From contig JBGQJI010000008.1 of the NCBI GenBank assembly GCA_041498975.1, forward strand, positions 1 through 34,581: a DNA stretch of 34,581 bases, read 5' to 3'. The translations under genes and the position numbers were made by a program. The stretch is from Candidatus Methylomirabilis sp. (lineage in GTDB: Bacteria; Methylomirabilota; Methylomirabilia; Methylomirabilales; Methylomirabilaceae). Within the stretch, counting starts at the first letter, position 1; every line of letters begins with the position of its first letter. This document shows, in pieces, positions 1 to 9,818 of this stretch. Under the pieces are notes generated by a model. That model ran no database searches, was not told the DNA's origin, and saw only the letters and a program-made list of their open reading frames with translations.

Positions 1-1
1 C

Positions 2-388
2 CTGCTGGAACGGGCAAGCGACGACCAACTGCGCGGGGTCCTGGCCCACGAGGTGGCGCACGCGGACCTCGGCCACGTCGCGAAAGCCCAGGCGCTCGGG
101 ACCGGCTTGAACATCGGCATGATTCTCCTCGATCAATTCATGCCAGGCTCGAGCAAGATCACGCCCTTGGTAGCCGACCTGGGGGTGATGCGGCCTTTCA
201 GCCGCAACGAGGAGTACGAGGCAGACGCCCACGGGGTTGACATCCTCCAACGCGCGGGCTACAACGGCAAACAGATCATGAGCGGCACGCTGACCTGGCT
301 GCTGCAGACCTCGGGTCCGAGCGGAGGGTTTCTCGCAACGCACCCGGGCACGGAAGATCGGATACAACGAGTCCATAATCTGCCCTAG
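2..388 (+). CDS. M48 family zinc metallopeptidase, 5'-truncated by the window edge
   Basis: Frame from nt 2 reads LLERASDDQLRGVLAHEVAH (HExxH), then FSRNEEYEAD and FLATHP..EDRI, all typical M48 motifs; TAG ends at 388. Confidence 0.9.
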   Translation: MLERASDDQLRGVLAHEVAHADLGHVAKAQALGTGLNIGMILLDQFMPGSSKITPLVADLGVMRPFSRNEEYEADAHGVDILQRAGYNGKQIMSGTLTWLLQTSGPSGGFLATHPGTEDRIQRVHNLP

Positions 389-607
389 TCTGTTGCACTC
401 GAGATCTAGAGTAGGCAAGGATTTTCGAGCCTTCCTCTGGAGGTGAATCAGTCAGCCAACTCTCTCGCCAGAAAGAAGCCTGCGCTATTTATTGAATATC
501 GCATAATTCAGTGATATCTTTGGATTCAGAACAAGCCTGCAAGCCGCAGCTTGTGGGCAAGGCACCGCTGAATGCGCCGCAGCGAGTAGGCCTCCCGGAG
601 CGCCTGG

Positions 608-766
608 ATGGAGGCGGGGTTCCCGCTCGTGATCCTGCTCGAGGTTATTCCGGTCCGGTGGTGGCAGAACCTGCTCTACAACCAGCGGGCGCCGAGTATC
701 CGGGCGGCGCTCCTCTTCAAGCCCAGCGTGATCGTCACGGCCGTGCCGTATCACCTGGAGCGATAG
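608..766 (+). pseudogene. C-terminal remnant of a KimA/YdaO-like APC-family permease
   Basis: Manual translation MEAGFPLVILLEVIPVRWWQNLLYNQRAPSIRAALLFKPSVIVTAVPYHLER* resembles the YdaO/KimA tail (..PEF.P..WW..LLHNQ.A..I.A.LLF...V.VT.VPYHL); the transmembrane part is absent. Confidence 0.7.
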
Positions 767-780
767 GGAGAGTTTACCAG

Positions 781-1356
781 ATGGTCCACATGCTCCTGGG
801 TCAGGCTCTGGTTGTTGGGGCGCTCTTCGTGTACGCGAGCTTCTTTGAATGGACTCTGCACCGGTTCGTGATGCACCGTGTCTTGTTGATCTCGTATCCT
901 TTCCGGAGCCATACGCTGACCCACCATCGGGACTTCCGCAGCGATGCCAGTTATCACCTGCGCCCCAACCAGAGCTATGACAGCTTGACGTTCGCCTGGT
1001 GGAACGCCCCGCTCCTGATTGCGTTGCACGTCCCGGTGTTGTGGGGCGTGGAGATACTGAGCGGTGTGCCAGTGCTGTGGGCTGGTGTGGCGACCTTCGG
1101 CCTCTACTATTTTTTCTATGAGTACGGCCACTGGTGTATGCACGTGCGGAAGAAGCGGTGGATCGAAAGGACCAAGATCTTCCGGTGGTTGGATGCTCAC
1201 CATCGCGGGCACCACCGGCTGCACGCGACGAACCTCAACGTGGTTTTCCCCTTTGCGGACTACGTCTTTCGGACGCGCCATCGCTTCGAGTGGGAACGTG
1301 AGGAGGGGAGTCTCCGTCCCGCCGACGATCCTTCCGGACACCGCGGTCGAGAATGA
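781..1356 (+). CDS. Fatty acid hydroxylase / sterol desaturase family membrane protein
   Basis: His boxes EWTLHRFVMH, HTLTHH, YEYGHWCMH and HHRGHH with hydrophobic segments; ATG 781 follows GGGAG. The extension back to 511 overlaps the KimA remnant. Confidence 0.85.
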   Translation: MVHMLLGQALVVGALFVYASFFEWTLHRFVMHRVLLISYPFRSHTLTHHRDFRSDASYHLRPNQSYDSLTFAWWNAPLLIALHVPVLWGVEILSGVPVLWAGVATFGLYYFFYEYGHWCMHVRKKRWIERTKIFRWLDAHHRGHHRLHATNLNVVFPFADYVFRTRHRFEWEREEGSLRPADDPSGHRGRE

Positions 1357-1967
1357 AGTCGTGCAGATCCCCCGTCGCGGATGGTCAGGCCGCGGCCCGG
1401 AACCGCGCATCGTTCACGGCGACCGGACGTATGCCAGGGATCTGCGCTGGACGAGTCAGCGCGCCCTAGGCAGCGCGGTCTTCGTGGCCCGCTACGTCCG
1501 CAGCACGCGGCGCCGAAGATTTGCGACTACGACTCCGCAGAATCAAGCATCTGGAAGCTAAATCGTGTCCGGTACCGTGTTTTGTTGGTCCCTTTTTGGG
1601 GAATGGCCCCCGGTGCGGCAGGAGCTAGCAGCTTCGGACGACGTGCAGACACCGTAAGGAGGGATCTCCTTTGACAGCTCACAAACGGCTGCGTCCCGCA
1701 TTAATGAGGCGGCGCAGGCAGGCGGCAGGCGGGTCCCGGACCGGCGCGCCACTGGACAGATGCGTCTCGGCGGGGGGCGGTGTCCGATTCCTCCCCTATT
1801 GGGGGGTTGGCTCAGTGGGAAGGCGCGGGAATCGGACTCCACGGGAGCGGGAACCACAACGGCCAGAGGGAGCGCCCACCAAGTCCATGCTGGATCGAAA
1901 GGGCTTGGAGGTCGTCGCTTGCAAGACGGGGCACACCTGAAGCGACCGCACTAAATGGTGTTACATC

Positions 1968-2047
1968 GTCATTGCGAGCGACTCCAAGGAGCGAAGCAAT
2001 CTCGCCTTCTTGAGATTGCTTCAGTCACTTCGTTCCTTCGCAATGAC
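1968..2047. repeat. REP-like nested palindromic element (GTCATTGCGAG...GAAGCAATCTC...GAGATTGCTTC...TCGCAATGAC)
   Basis: Outer IR GTCATTGCGA 1968-1977 / TCGCAATGAC 2038-2047; inner IR GAAGCAATCTC 1993-2003 / GAGATTGCTTC 2012-2022. Confidence 0.8.
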
Positions 2048-2132
2048 ACCCTATTTAATGCGTTTGTATTAGTCCTGCAGCGGCAGGGGACCTCCACCAT
2101 CCGTGGACGCCCCCACTCCGCCCGCAAGTGGT

Positions 2133-2588
2133 TTACTTGTAGTAGCCGACCGCACAGACCTGATCGCCAACCTTGGTGACGAAGCTCACCTTCTGAACCG
2201 GCTCCGTGCCGGCGGTCCGCGGCCACATGTAGTTGACCTCGCTGATCTTACCCTCCTGGGCGACCTTGTACATCTCCGCGCCGAGCGCCTTGCCGACCTT
2301 GTCCTTCAGGTCCTTGAGGCTCTTGCCCACGAGCGACGGGTGGGCGGTGAAATTGCCGTCGGGGCCGCCGCAGAACGGATACAGATCCCGGTCCTTGAAT
2401 CCCCCTTCGCCCTTGGCGAACATGGCCAGGGCCTTGGCCTTGTCCGCCTTGATTGCAACCACTGCTTTCTCCAGCATGGCTTTGGCTTCGGCGGCAGTGC
2501 CAAACTCGGCGGCGATCGCCGTCGCGACACCGACCACGGCCATGACAAACAGGGCGGCAGCAAGAACGAAGCTCAGCTTCTTCATCAT
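2133..2588 (-). CDS. Secreted stand-alone single Cache domain protein
   Basis: Signal peptide, then EAKAMLEKAV..F.DRDLYPF..AHP.LVGK.L.DLKD..GK..V.Y.WP..K.SFV..VGYY; GGAGG RBS. Confidence 0.88.
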   Translation of the reverse strand: MMKKLSFVLAAALFVMAVVGVATAIAAEFGTAAEAKAMLEKAVVAIKADKAKALAMFAKGEGGFKDRDLYPFCGGPDGNFTAHPSLVGKSLKDLKDKVGKALGAEMYKVAQEGKISEVNYMWPRTAGTEPVQKVSFVTKVGDQVCAVGYYK

Positions 2589-2690
2589 CGTTTCCTCCCT
2601 CGATCATTGCATTGAGTTAGCTAGGCGTCGTGGATAGCTCCCCGATCGCTCCACCGATTCCCACGACGAATCGGTGCGGCGGTAGACCAC

Positions 2691-2720
2691 AGGCTATCAA
2701 GATGCGCCGCTGCTTGTCAA
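2691..2720 (-). promoter_or_regulatory. Putative sigma70 promoter for the Cache gene
   Basis: Minus strand TTGACA-N18-TAGCCT with a TGn extension. Confidence 0.45.
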
Positions 2721-2975
2721 TGGCTGATTGAGTTGGTACATAACCCTGAATCCTGCATCAACAGCTACGAGCTTCCACCTCTGGGATTGCCGCTTCGGGC
2801 TGCTGCAGTCGCTTCAGCACTGTGACAGCTCTCCGCTGCCTCGACGCCTCCGTCCGACATTTCCCCGAATGACAACGTCTTCGTGCACTATCTTGCGATT
2901 TCCAAAACCGGATTCCTGTCCCTCAACGCGGGGCAAGGTCGGGGCGCGGAGAAGAGCAAGGCACCGTGGGGCAGC

Positions 2976-4595
2976 TCAAAGGCCCCGTCGGGAGGAGAAG
3001 AGCGGCAGCGGGCGACCGTCCATGGAGCCCGGCGGGGCCACGCCGGCGGCGACGAGAAATGTCGGTGCGAGGTCGAGGATGCTGTGACCGACGAATTGGA
3101 CTCCTGCCGGGATTCCTTGCCCCCTCGCGATCACAAAGCCCCTGGGTGTATGGGTGCCTGTTCGTATGTCTTGGTTCCGCAGACGCAGTCGGCCGAAGCG
3201 CGGCGATTCCAGTTCATTCCAGGGCTGCTCTGTGTTCCACAACACCGTCAGGTCCGGCAACTGGTCCAGGAACGGGCCGTGAAAGAGTTCGCGGGGCTTG
3301 GTGACTTGACGGACGACGGGGTAGTCGCTGTCCGGGGCCTGGAGCTCGAGCAGCGCCTTGGCGAGGTCGTCGCAGACGGCATCGTACTCTTCGGGTCGGA
3401 CGGTGCCGTCGGGTTCGCGGTTACGGAGGTTCAATCGAATGGCGCCGACAGCATCCCCGTTAGGGACCGTGAAAGCCCGCATGCCCGCCCACTTCCGATT
3501 GCCAGCGTACCACTTTGAAACCAGATCATCCTGCAGGCGCTTCGGCAGCATTGACTTGAGTCGATACTGCAGTGCGCCCGAGAGTCCAACCCGGAGCAGC
3601 CGGTACGGATTGAGGTGACCTGTTCTGACTTGCAGAGCCGCCGGCGGGGAAGCCCCGTAGCCCAGCAAATCGAGAATCTCCTGCAGGTTCCAGGTCGCGT
3701 GGTAGAGCGGGCCCATCCCGTGTGCGGCGAAAACGAACGTTGTCACCCCCAATCCCGCCTGCTCTACCGCAGCGCCAATCTCGGCGTCGATCGCCTGGTA
3801 CACCGTGAGGAGGGTCTCCGCGAGCCCCAGCGGGTCTGCCTCCGGATGGGCGGGATTGTCTTCGTCGAACCAGTGCCAATAGAGGTGGCCCGCGCAGTGG
3901 GCCTCCGAAAAGACGGCTAACAGGACCTCCCAATCTTGGCGGCGCATCAGGTCGCGTATCAACTGGCCACGCAGGCGGATGCCAGCCAGGAGGCGAGGCC
4001 GGAGCTTCGCGAGCCCGCGAGCCCGGCGGGCCGATACAGGACCGCAGTCGCCAACGGGGTGGCGGCCGTACCGGGACAGGACCTCGCCCATGAGCGATGC
4101 TGGGACGGATGTGGTCGGGTGAGAGGTCGCGTCGTGGACATGCCAGTACGCGAGCTGGAAGCCATGAAGCTTCTCGCTCACAGCAAAGTGGGGGGCGTCC
4201 AGCACCCCCACACATCGGCCGGCATGGCTCAATAAGTCCCAGAACGGGGGAGATGACAAGGCCACATCTGTCACGCGACGCAATCGCAGCGTTCCGGGCA
4301 CCAGTTGGATGTAAAAGTATCTCTCCAATCTGCCCGGGTTCAGGCCCGTAATCAGGGAGGGCCAGGCCGTATCCGGAAATTGCGCCGCTGTTGAGTGGAA
4401 CTCCCCGGATGCCCCCTCATCCATGAGACGGCGGAAGGTCGGCAAGAGGCCCCCCGTTGCCCACCGTCGGATGAGCCTCCACTCAGCGGCGTCCAGGCCT
4501 AACAGCAACAGCCGATCCCGCTTAGGGTTGTCCTTCAAATGACTATCCTCTCCAAGCTTTTCGTATGATTGAACCCCCGGAGGTGCCGCCACCAT
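2976..4595 (-). CDS. Alkaline phosphatase superfamily type I phosphodiesterase/nucleotide pyrophosphatase-like protein
   Basis: LLLGLDAAEW, AWPSLITG.NPG, H.AGH.YW, AAHGMG, TGTH.PRG and ILDLAPT...MDGR motifs. Confidence 0.85.
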   Translation of the reverse strand: MVAAPPGVQSYEKLGEDSHLKDNPKRDRLLLLGLDAAEWRLIRRWATGGLLPTFRRLMDEGASGEFHSTAAQFPDTAWPSLITGLNPGRLERYFYIQLVPGTLRLRRVTDVALSSPPFWDLLSHAGRCVGVLDAPHFAVSEKLHGFQLAYWHVHDATSHPTTSVPASLMGEVLSRYGRHPVGDCGPVSARRARGLAKLRPRLLAGIRLRGQLIRDLMRRQDWEVLLAVFSEAHCAGHLYWHWFDEDNPAHPEADPLGLAETLLTVYQAIDAEIGAAVEQAGLGVTTFVFAAHGMGPLYHATWNLQEILDLLGYGASPPAALQVRTGHLNPYRLLRVGLSGALQYRLKSMLPKRLQDDLVSKWYAGNRKWAGMRAFTVPNGDAVGAIRLNLRNREPDGTVRPEEYDAVCDDLAKALLELQAPDSDYPVVRQVTKPRELFHGPFLDQLPDLTVLWNTEQPWNELESPRFGRLRLRNQDIRTGTHTPRGFVIARGQGIPAGVQFVGHSILDLAPTFLVAAGVAPPGSMDGRPLPLFSSRRGL

Positions 4596-4660
4596 CTTCG
4601 AGCAATTTCAGGACGAATGATAACAGCAGACGAGCAACATCTCAAACACCTTAATTCTAT

Positions 4661-4885
4661 TCAATACTCGGAGTCAACAATTTCGATGTCTCCCTGGATT
4701 GTGCCGTGGTCCCACATAAGCGTGTGGTGGGGCAGGCACAGCGTGTTCATCGTGCCTGCCTGCACCTGCGATGCGACCTTCAATAGCAGTTCCTCTAGCG
4801 CGTCCGTCCGTTCCCTCTCGTATTTGTCTGGCGGTTTGAACTCGGTAGGAGCGGAATTGGGGCGTAGTCGCGGCACGTCAAGCAT
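4661..4885 (-). CDS. Small hypothetical protein (74 aa)
   Basis: ATG preceded by GGGGGAGAG; co-oriented upstream of the AlkP gene; no family recognised. Confidence 0.45.
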   Translation of the reverse strand: MLDVPRLRPNSAPTEFKPPDKYERERTDALEELLLKVASQVQAGTMNTLCLPHHTLMWDHGTIQGDIEIVDSEY

Positions 4886-5079
4886 TTCTCTCCCCCGGGA
4901 TCACGCCACTAGAGCCCACACCCCGTAACCTTGCTCCTGGCAAGCCAGGACGACCTCAACTGCCGCAACATAAGCCCTTAATCTCGCCTTGCCTATGCGA
5001 AAGGTGCTTTTGGATCACATCTATCTGACAGCATAGCGAAAGGGTGTCGCAACGCAGGGGCCATCAGTCCAAGAGATCA

Positions 5080-5371
5080 AGCGAATCTATCGCAGCATTC
5101 TACGCCGACATCGTTGCCGACGGCCATGGCAGTCGCGTGTTGATCGTGACGATTTCGGAGTTCGGCTGCCGAGGTTATGAAAACGCCGACCGAGGAACGG
5201 ATCACGGCTTAGGCTCCTTCGCGTTTGCTGTTGGCGATCCCGTCAAAGGAGGGATCTGCGGCGCCTACCCGAGCCTTGACGACGACAAGCGGGACAGCCA
5301 TCGCGAACTTCATCGAAGCTGATCCAGTGCCCATTGTCGGAGGAACCCACCCGCTGCTCAACTTCGTGTGA
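5080..5371 (+). pseudogene. DUF1501 family C-terminal remnant with an internal deletion/frameshift
   Basis: VLIVTISEFGCRGYENADRGTDHG...VGDPVKGGICGAYPSLDD in one frame, then IANFIEADPVPIVGGTHPLLNFV* (TGA 5369-5371) in another; the N-terminus is absent. Confidence 0.75.
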
Positions 5372-5515
5372 GGGCAAATCCAGAAAGCTTTGCCTAACCT
5401 ACGATTCCGATTCTCTGAGACCCAAGACTTCTTTCAGCTAGCGAGAGCCCAGAGAGTCGTTTGGCCACAATCCGACCAAGGCCCGCTTTGCTGCGCTCCC
5501 CCACAGCTTGACAGA

Positions 5516-6319
5516 TCATTTCGTGGTGGACGATGGGACGGGAACATTGAAGGTCAGCCCCATCGTGATTACCCAGTCAGGAGCCCCGCTGCTGATGCCT
5601 CTCCTGATCCCGGCGTCGATAAGGACTTTCGACGATGGCGGCTGCCAGATGAAGCCGAGGAGGGCGGAGTTGTTGGCGACCTTCCCTTTGGCGGTCTCCC
5701 CGTTGACTTCTCCCACCATCCTGAAGTCCCGAAGAACGGGAAGTTCAACAATCACTCCCCAGACGGCGAATGGGTTCGCCCCCGCCCTGCCCACGCCTCC
5801 TCCGAAGTTCACATGGTACGCGTAAGGGGCAAGTCGCCCGCTCATAATCCCGATTGCTTCGAAGCCGAGGCTCCCCTCCCCATGAACTGTCGAGGGCAGG
5901 AGCGGTCCCGCCTCGACCGCAAATCCGACCCCCTCCTTTTCCTGCAGGACGCCCTCCTTCACGATCGCCTTCAGGAATAGTCCCGGGTCAACGAGCTGGA
6001 CCCCTTCATCGGAAGGCTTCGCAACCTGAAATTCCCCCACCACCTCCAGGTCCTTGATGATGCCATAGTTCAGGACCACCTTGGGGGCGATGAAGGTGTT
6101 TCCCCGGTGCGCTCGCTCCAGGTTGAAATACCCGAGCTCGATCTCCATCTCCTTGGGTTCGGCCACGGCGGCATCAGTCGAGACAAAGGGCCGGTATCCC
6201 CAAGCGGCAGAAGCACAGAGAGGCAACATAAACGCCAGCAGCAAGTTCCACCTCTTGAGGAAGGGACGCAGTCTCTTCAAGTCAACACATCTTTTCAAGC
6301 TGCAGCCCTTGTCATCCAT
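5516..6319 (-). CDS. Putative outer-membrane beta-barrel / transporter-like protein
   Basis: Signal peptide (ASAAWG), RPFVSTDA start, alternating hydrophobic strands, C-terminal DAGI..G..GAPDW..TMGLTF; start codon uncertain. Confidence 0.7.
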   Translation of the reverse strand: MDDKGCSLKRCVDLKRLRPFLKRWNLLLAFMLPLCASAAWGYRPFVSTDAAVAEPKEMEIELGYFNLERAHRGNTFIAPKVVLNYGIIKDLEVVGEFQVAKPSDEGVQLVDPGLFLKAIVKEGVLQEKEGVGFAVEAGPLLPSTVHGEGSLGFEAIGIMSGRLAPYAYHVNFGGGVGRAGANPFAVWGVIVELPVLRDFRMVGEVNGETAKGKVANNSALLGFIWQPPSSKVLIDAGIRRGISSGAPDWVITMGLTFNVPVPSSTTK

Positions 6320-6360
6320 CGCCTCCCAGCGACTGACGTTTCGAATAGCTCGGCCTGTCC

Positions 6361-7350
6361 TTACGGCTGCACCTCGTACACGCGCAACTCCGCTCCTTGA
6401 CTTCCGCGGCGTGGAACCGCGAGATACAGACGATTCAGTTCAGGCACAAAAAGCGACGTGCGGGCACCCGACGCGGTTGGGATCTTCGCGATCCTCCTGT
6501 AGTGGTCGGCATCGCCCTGCTCGAACACGTCAATGAAACCCTCGCCGCAGGACACATAGATGCGGCGGCGTGCAGGATCATAGAAGATGTCATCGGCGTC
6601 TCCCGCACTGTCCAGCCTGACAACAACTTTGCCCGACTTCGTGTCATGCACAACAAGGCGAGGGGGCTTCCGAACACCGACGAATAAACGATGGTTGGTC
6701 TCATCCAGGGCCATTGGAAAGTTGGCTTGGCCGTCCTTGAGCGGCCACGTGGCAATCACGGCACGTCGTTCGCGGTCAACAACCGCGATATGTCTCGCCG
6801 TCGGGACATTCACGAAGATTCTCGGCCCTGACTTCTCCAACTGAAACGACTCGGGATGACCCTGAAGCGTGATCTCGCCCAGGCGTGTGCCACTCGTTGC
6901 CTCGAGGATGCCGAGCGCGCCCTTGCCGTAACCAACATCGATCTGGTTGCTGACGGCATCGTAACGAATATTGTCAGCATCACCAGAAAATCTTACGGTA
7001 GCGTCGAGAGCGAACGAGTCTCCATTGAAAATCTTTACCGCACCGCTCTGTCCGTTTGTCACGAAAATCTTATTGGATTCAGGGATGAAAATGACACCCT
7101 GCGGCTCATGGAATCCACTGATCGTGCGGATGTGTGTGCCCGCATGCAAATCGAGGACTTCCACGGTGTCGTTGCCGAGCGCTGCAATGAACAGCCGGCG
7201 GCCTTTCAGGTCAACCGCAAGATGATCGATCCGCCCCTTGACGTTCGGCAATGGGATGGTTTGCACCAGCCGGAGCGACGTACGTTCTTGGGCTTGAGCG
7301 ATGATTATCGGCGCGGCAAGCGCAATGAGGAGCAGAAGGAATCTTTTCAA
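6361..7350 (-). CDS. YncE-like beta-propeller exported protein
   Basis: GRIDHLAVD..RRLF, EPQG, DADNIRYD, HPESFQLE, NFPMALD and DADDIFYD repeats; TTG start at 7350 after GGAGG; signal peptide. Confidence 0.88.
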   Translation of the reverse strand: MKRFLLLLIALAAPIIIAQAQERTSLRLVQTIPLPNVKGRIDHLAVDLKGRRLFIAALGNDTVEVLDLHAGTHIRTISGFHEPQGVIFIPESNKIFVTNGQSGAVKIFNGDSFALDATVRFSGDADNIRYDAVSNQIDVGYGKGALGILEATSGTRLGEITLQGHPESFQLEKSGPRIFVNVPTARHIAVVDRERRAVIATWPLKDGQANFPMALDETNHRLFVGVRKPPRLVVHDTKSGKVVVRLDSAGDADDIFYDPARRRIYVSCGEGFIDVFEQGDADHYRRIAKIPTASGARTSLFVPELNRLYLAVPRRGSQGAELRVYEVQP

Positions 7351-7430
7351 CCTCCATCCTCCAGGGCATTCTCCCAGGCCAACTTCAGCCGGGAACTCCG
7401 CTGATATACACAATCAGCGTCGGGTAGCTA

Positions 7431-8375
7431 TTATGAGGAGCCGAGCGACCGAGTTGACTCGTGTTGTGAGTCGAGTGCAGCTTTCAACCCTCTGGCGAGG
7501 GCGCTGGTTGGGCCGGTGCCCCAGTAGTGCAGGAAGATCACGCGTGGCGATTCCATCGTCATGTGTTGATGAATGGCGACCACGTTGATTCCCGCTCGGC
7601 GCAACGCCTTGAGCACCGGCTGAAGCTCACTCTCGGACATCGCGAAATCGCCATCGACTACCGCCTGATCATCACTTCCAACGAAGGCGGCCCATGTGTT
7701 CACACCCATCGCGTTGCCGACGTCGTAGCCGTCCATCTTTGTGGTTCGACCGATGGTGATTTTGAATACCCCATTGGCCATCTCGCCTTTCACGCCGAGG
7801 ACATCTTCAATCTTCTTGGGATCCAGGGAAGTCTTGGCGGGATCAAGACCATCATGAGGAATCTTCCCTTTGCCGCCACTGGTTTCCCTGATCTTGGCGA
7901 ACACTTTCCCAACCGCCGCGGCCAGCTTTTCCTCGTTATCCAAACCACCGATGTGCATGAAGATGATCTTCGGGGAATCCCAGAAGAAATGGTTGTGTAG
8001 GGCGGTGACGTCGAGACCATTCTCCAGCGCCACATCCATGACGAGATTGACCTGCTCCTCGAGCAAGACCATATCACCCATCACCATCGTCCGATCCCCG
8101 ACCGCCTGAAATGCCGCCCATGAGGTGAGCCCCATGGGCGGCGTCATCTTCACGCCCGCCACGGTGACGTTGAGATCGGTCCGCGGAACGCTGACTCTAA
8201 ACACGCCCTCTTTTGTGTTGAGTTGTCCCTTCACACGTGTCAGTCGTTCGATATGGGCAGTGTCGAGCCCTGCCTGCCCCCTTGGCCCCGCCATCCCGGG
8301 CACCACGCTCCAAACGAGCCAGATGCCTGCAGAGACAAGGATTACGATGATAAGGTGTATCCGGTTGATCTTCAT
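7431..8375 (-). CDS. Tandem DUF1259 (LppY/LpqO-like) exported protein
   Basis: Two repeats of WAAF..GD.....E...V..AL...G..V.A.H(N/Q)H..SP.....H; ATG 8375 after AGGAGA. Confidence 0.88.
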   Translation of the reverse strand: MKINRIHLIIVILVSAGIWLVWSVVPGMAGPRGQAGLDTAHIERLTRVKGQLNTKEGVFRVSVPRTDLNVTVAGVKMTPPMGLTSWAAFQAVGDRTMVMGDMVLLEEQVNLVMDVALENGLDVTALHNHFFWDSPKIIFMHIGGLDNEEKLAAAVGKVFAKIRETSGGKGKIPHDGLDPAKTSLDPKKIEDVLGVKGEMANGVFKITIGRTTKMDGYDVGNAMGVNTWAAFVGSDDQAVVDGDFAMSESELQPVLKALRRAGINVVAIHQHMTMESPRVIFLHYWGTGPTSALARGLKAALDSQHESTRSLGSS

Positions 8376-8520
8376 GTCCAATCTCCTTCTCGTGTTCAAG
8401 TTGTCCGTTGAGTCTATGCGAGGGGTATTCTGCGCTAGGGGTGTGAACCCCTCCTGGTCGTCTATCTGACTCGCTGTTCCACACTCCGTCTCGTCAACAG
8501 CCTGTCATAGCCCCCTGTCC

Positions 8521-9708
8521 TCACATCGATGCCCGTTCATACAAAGCTTCAGGGTCTCTGACCATGATGGCAAACGCCAGGGCGGCTGCCACCATGAGGA
8601 AAGCCATCAGGCCGAAGGCCGGGGAGTAGCCGAAGGAGGCGATGAGGAAACCGGCCAGGATCGGCCCCAACGCCTCGCCAATATCCCAGATGGTGCCGAA
8701 GGTCCCCATCGCGGAACCCATCCGACCAGCCTTGACCAGATCCGCCACCAGTGCTGTGGTGGAAGGCGTGACGACGGCCACCCCTATGCCGAAGACGGCT
8801 GAGACCGGGAAGAGTACCCAGAGTGAGCTGAGTGTGGGGATCACCGGTAGCGAGGCCGCACAAAGAGAAAGGCCGGCCAGGATCATCGGCTTCCGACCGA
8901 GACGGTCGGAAAGCCGCCCAGAGAGAGGCTTGGCAATCATGGTCGTGCCGAGCTGAACCCCCATCACAAGGGCGATCTGGGCATCGTTCAGACCGACCCC
9001 CTTGGCATAGAGCGGGAAGAACCCGAGGAACGCGCCATAGCCCACATACATGGCCGCTTCCAGCATCGAGGCAACCAACACGGCTTGGCTCGAGAGAACC
9101 TCGCGAATTCCGCTCCAGAAATGTCGCGAACGGGCGTCGAGCGTTGAGCCACCGATGCCGGGCCTCTCATCCTCTGGCAGGCAAAGAACGATCAGGAGTG
9201 GGAGCGTGCCGAGGATCCCAACGGTCAGATAGGTCCTCGGATAGCTGGCCGTGTAGAAGAGCAGCAACCCTCCGAGAAGGGGGCCCAAGGTGGAACCCAT
9301 ATCCCCCGCTGCCGCGAACCAGCCGAGCTTCTCGCCGCGCCCGCGCTGGGAGAGGTCGGCCACATAGGCCGAAGCGACCGGCGAGAAGATTGCCGTCGCA
9401 AAGCCATGGAGGAAGCGCAGCGCCAGGAGCGCCCCCGGCGTGTGGACCATGGGGTAGAGGAACGGGGGCACGGCGAAGGACAGACACCCCAGCAGCATCA
9501 TGCGCTTGCGGCCGAGCACATCCGAGAGGGCTCCCGCCGGAAGCTTGATGACAATCCCCGTGATGGTCGAGGCCGCCACGATCAGGCCGATCGCCTCCGG
9601 CGCGGCCCCCATGTCCTGGGCGAAGCGCGGGAGGACCGGGCTGCGCGCCATCTGATAGCCGAATCGGGCCATGAAGCCTGCCAGCACTAGGATAGTAAAT
9701 GGGGTCAT
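8521..9708 (-). CDS. MFS transporter
   Basis: About 12 TM segments; MFS motif A twice (GALSDVLGRKR, GRLSDRLGRKP). Confidence 0.93.
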   Translation of the reverse strand: MTPFTILVLAGFMARFGYQMARSPVLPRFAQDMGAAPEAIGLIVAASTITGIVIKLPAGALSDVLGRKRMMLLGCLSFAVPPFLYPMVHTPGALLALRFLHGFATAIFSPVASAYVADLSQRGRGEKLGWFAAAGDMGSTLGPLLGGLLLFYTASYPRTYLTVGILGTLPLLIVLCLPEDERPGIGGSTLDARSRHFWSGIREVLSSQAVLVASMLEAAMYVGYGAFLGFFPLYAKGVGLNDAQIALVMGVQLGTTMIAKPLSGRLSDRLGRKPMILAGLSLCAASLPVIPTLSSLWVLFPVSAVFGIGVAVVTPSTTALVADLVKAGRMGSAMGTFGTIWDIGEALGPILAGFLIASFGYSPAFGLMAFLMVAAALAFAIMVRDPEALYERASM

Positions 9709-9818
9709 CGTAGCGGGCCCTTCGAACGATAACCTTCTACTCCTAGGCCGTCAGGCGGTAGAAGAGCCACGATCGGTCAACGGAGTCCCAATTACGCATC
9801 GTTGTTAGCTCGATCAAC

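Noticed and set aside
511..780. N-terminal extension of the hydroxylase ORF
   Set aside because: Low-complexity translation; it overlaps the KimA-like remnant in another frame, and there is a better RBS/ATG at 781
1745..1840. Possible cobalamin riboswitch (GCCACTG ... GGGAAGGC)
   Set aside because: The upstream core (GGGAA...GCCCCCGCAACTGT) and the downstream B12 box are missing, and there is no co-oriented downstream gene
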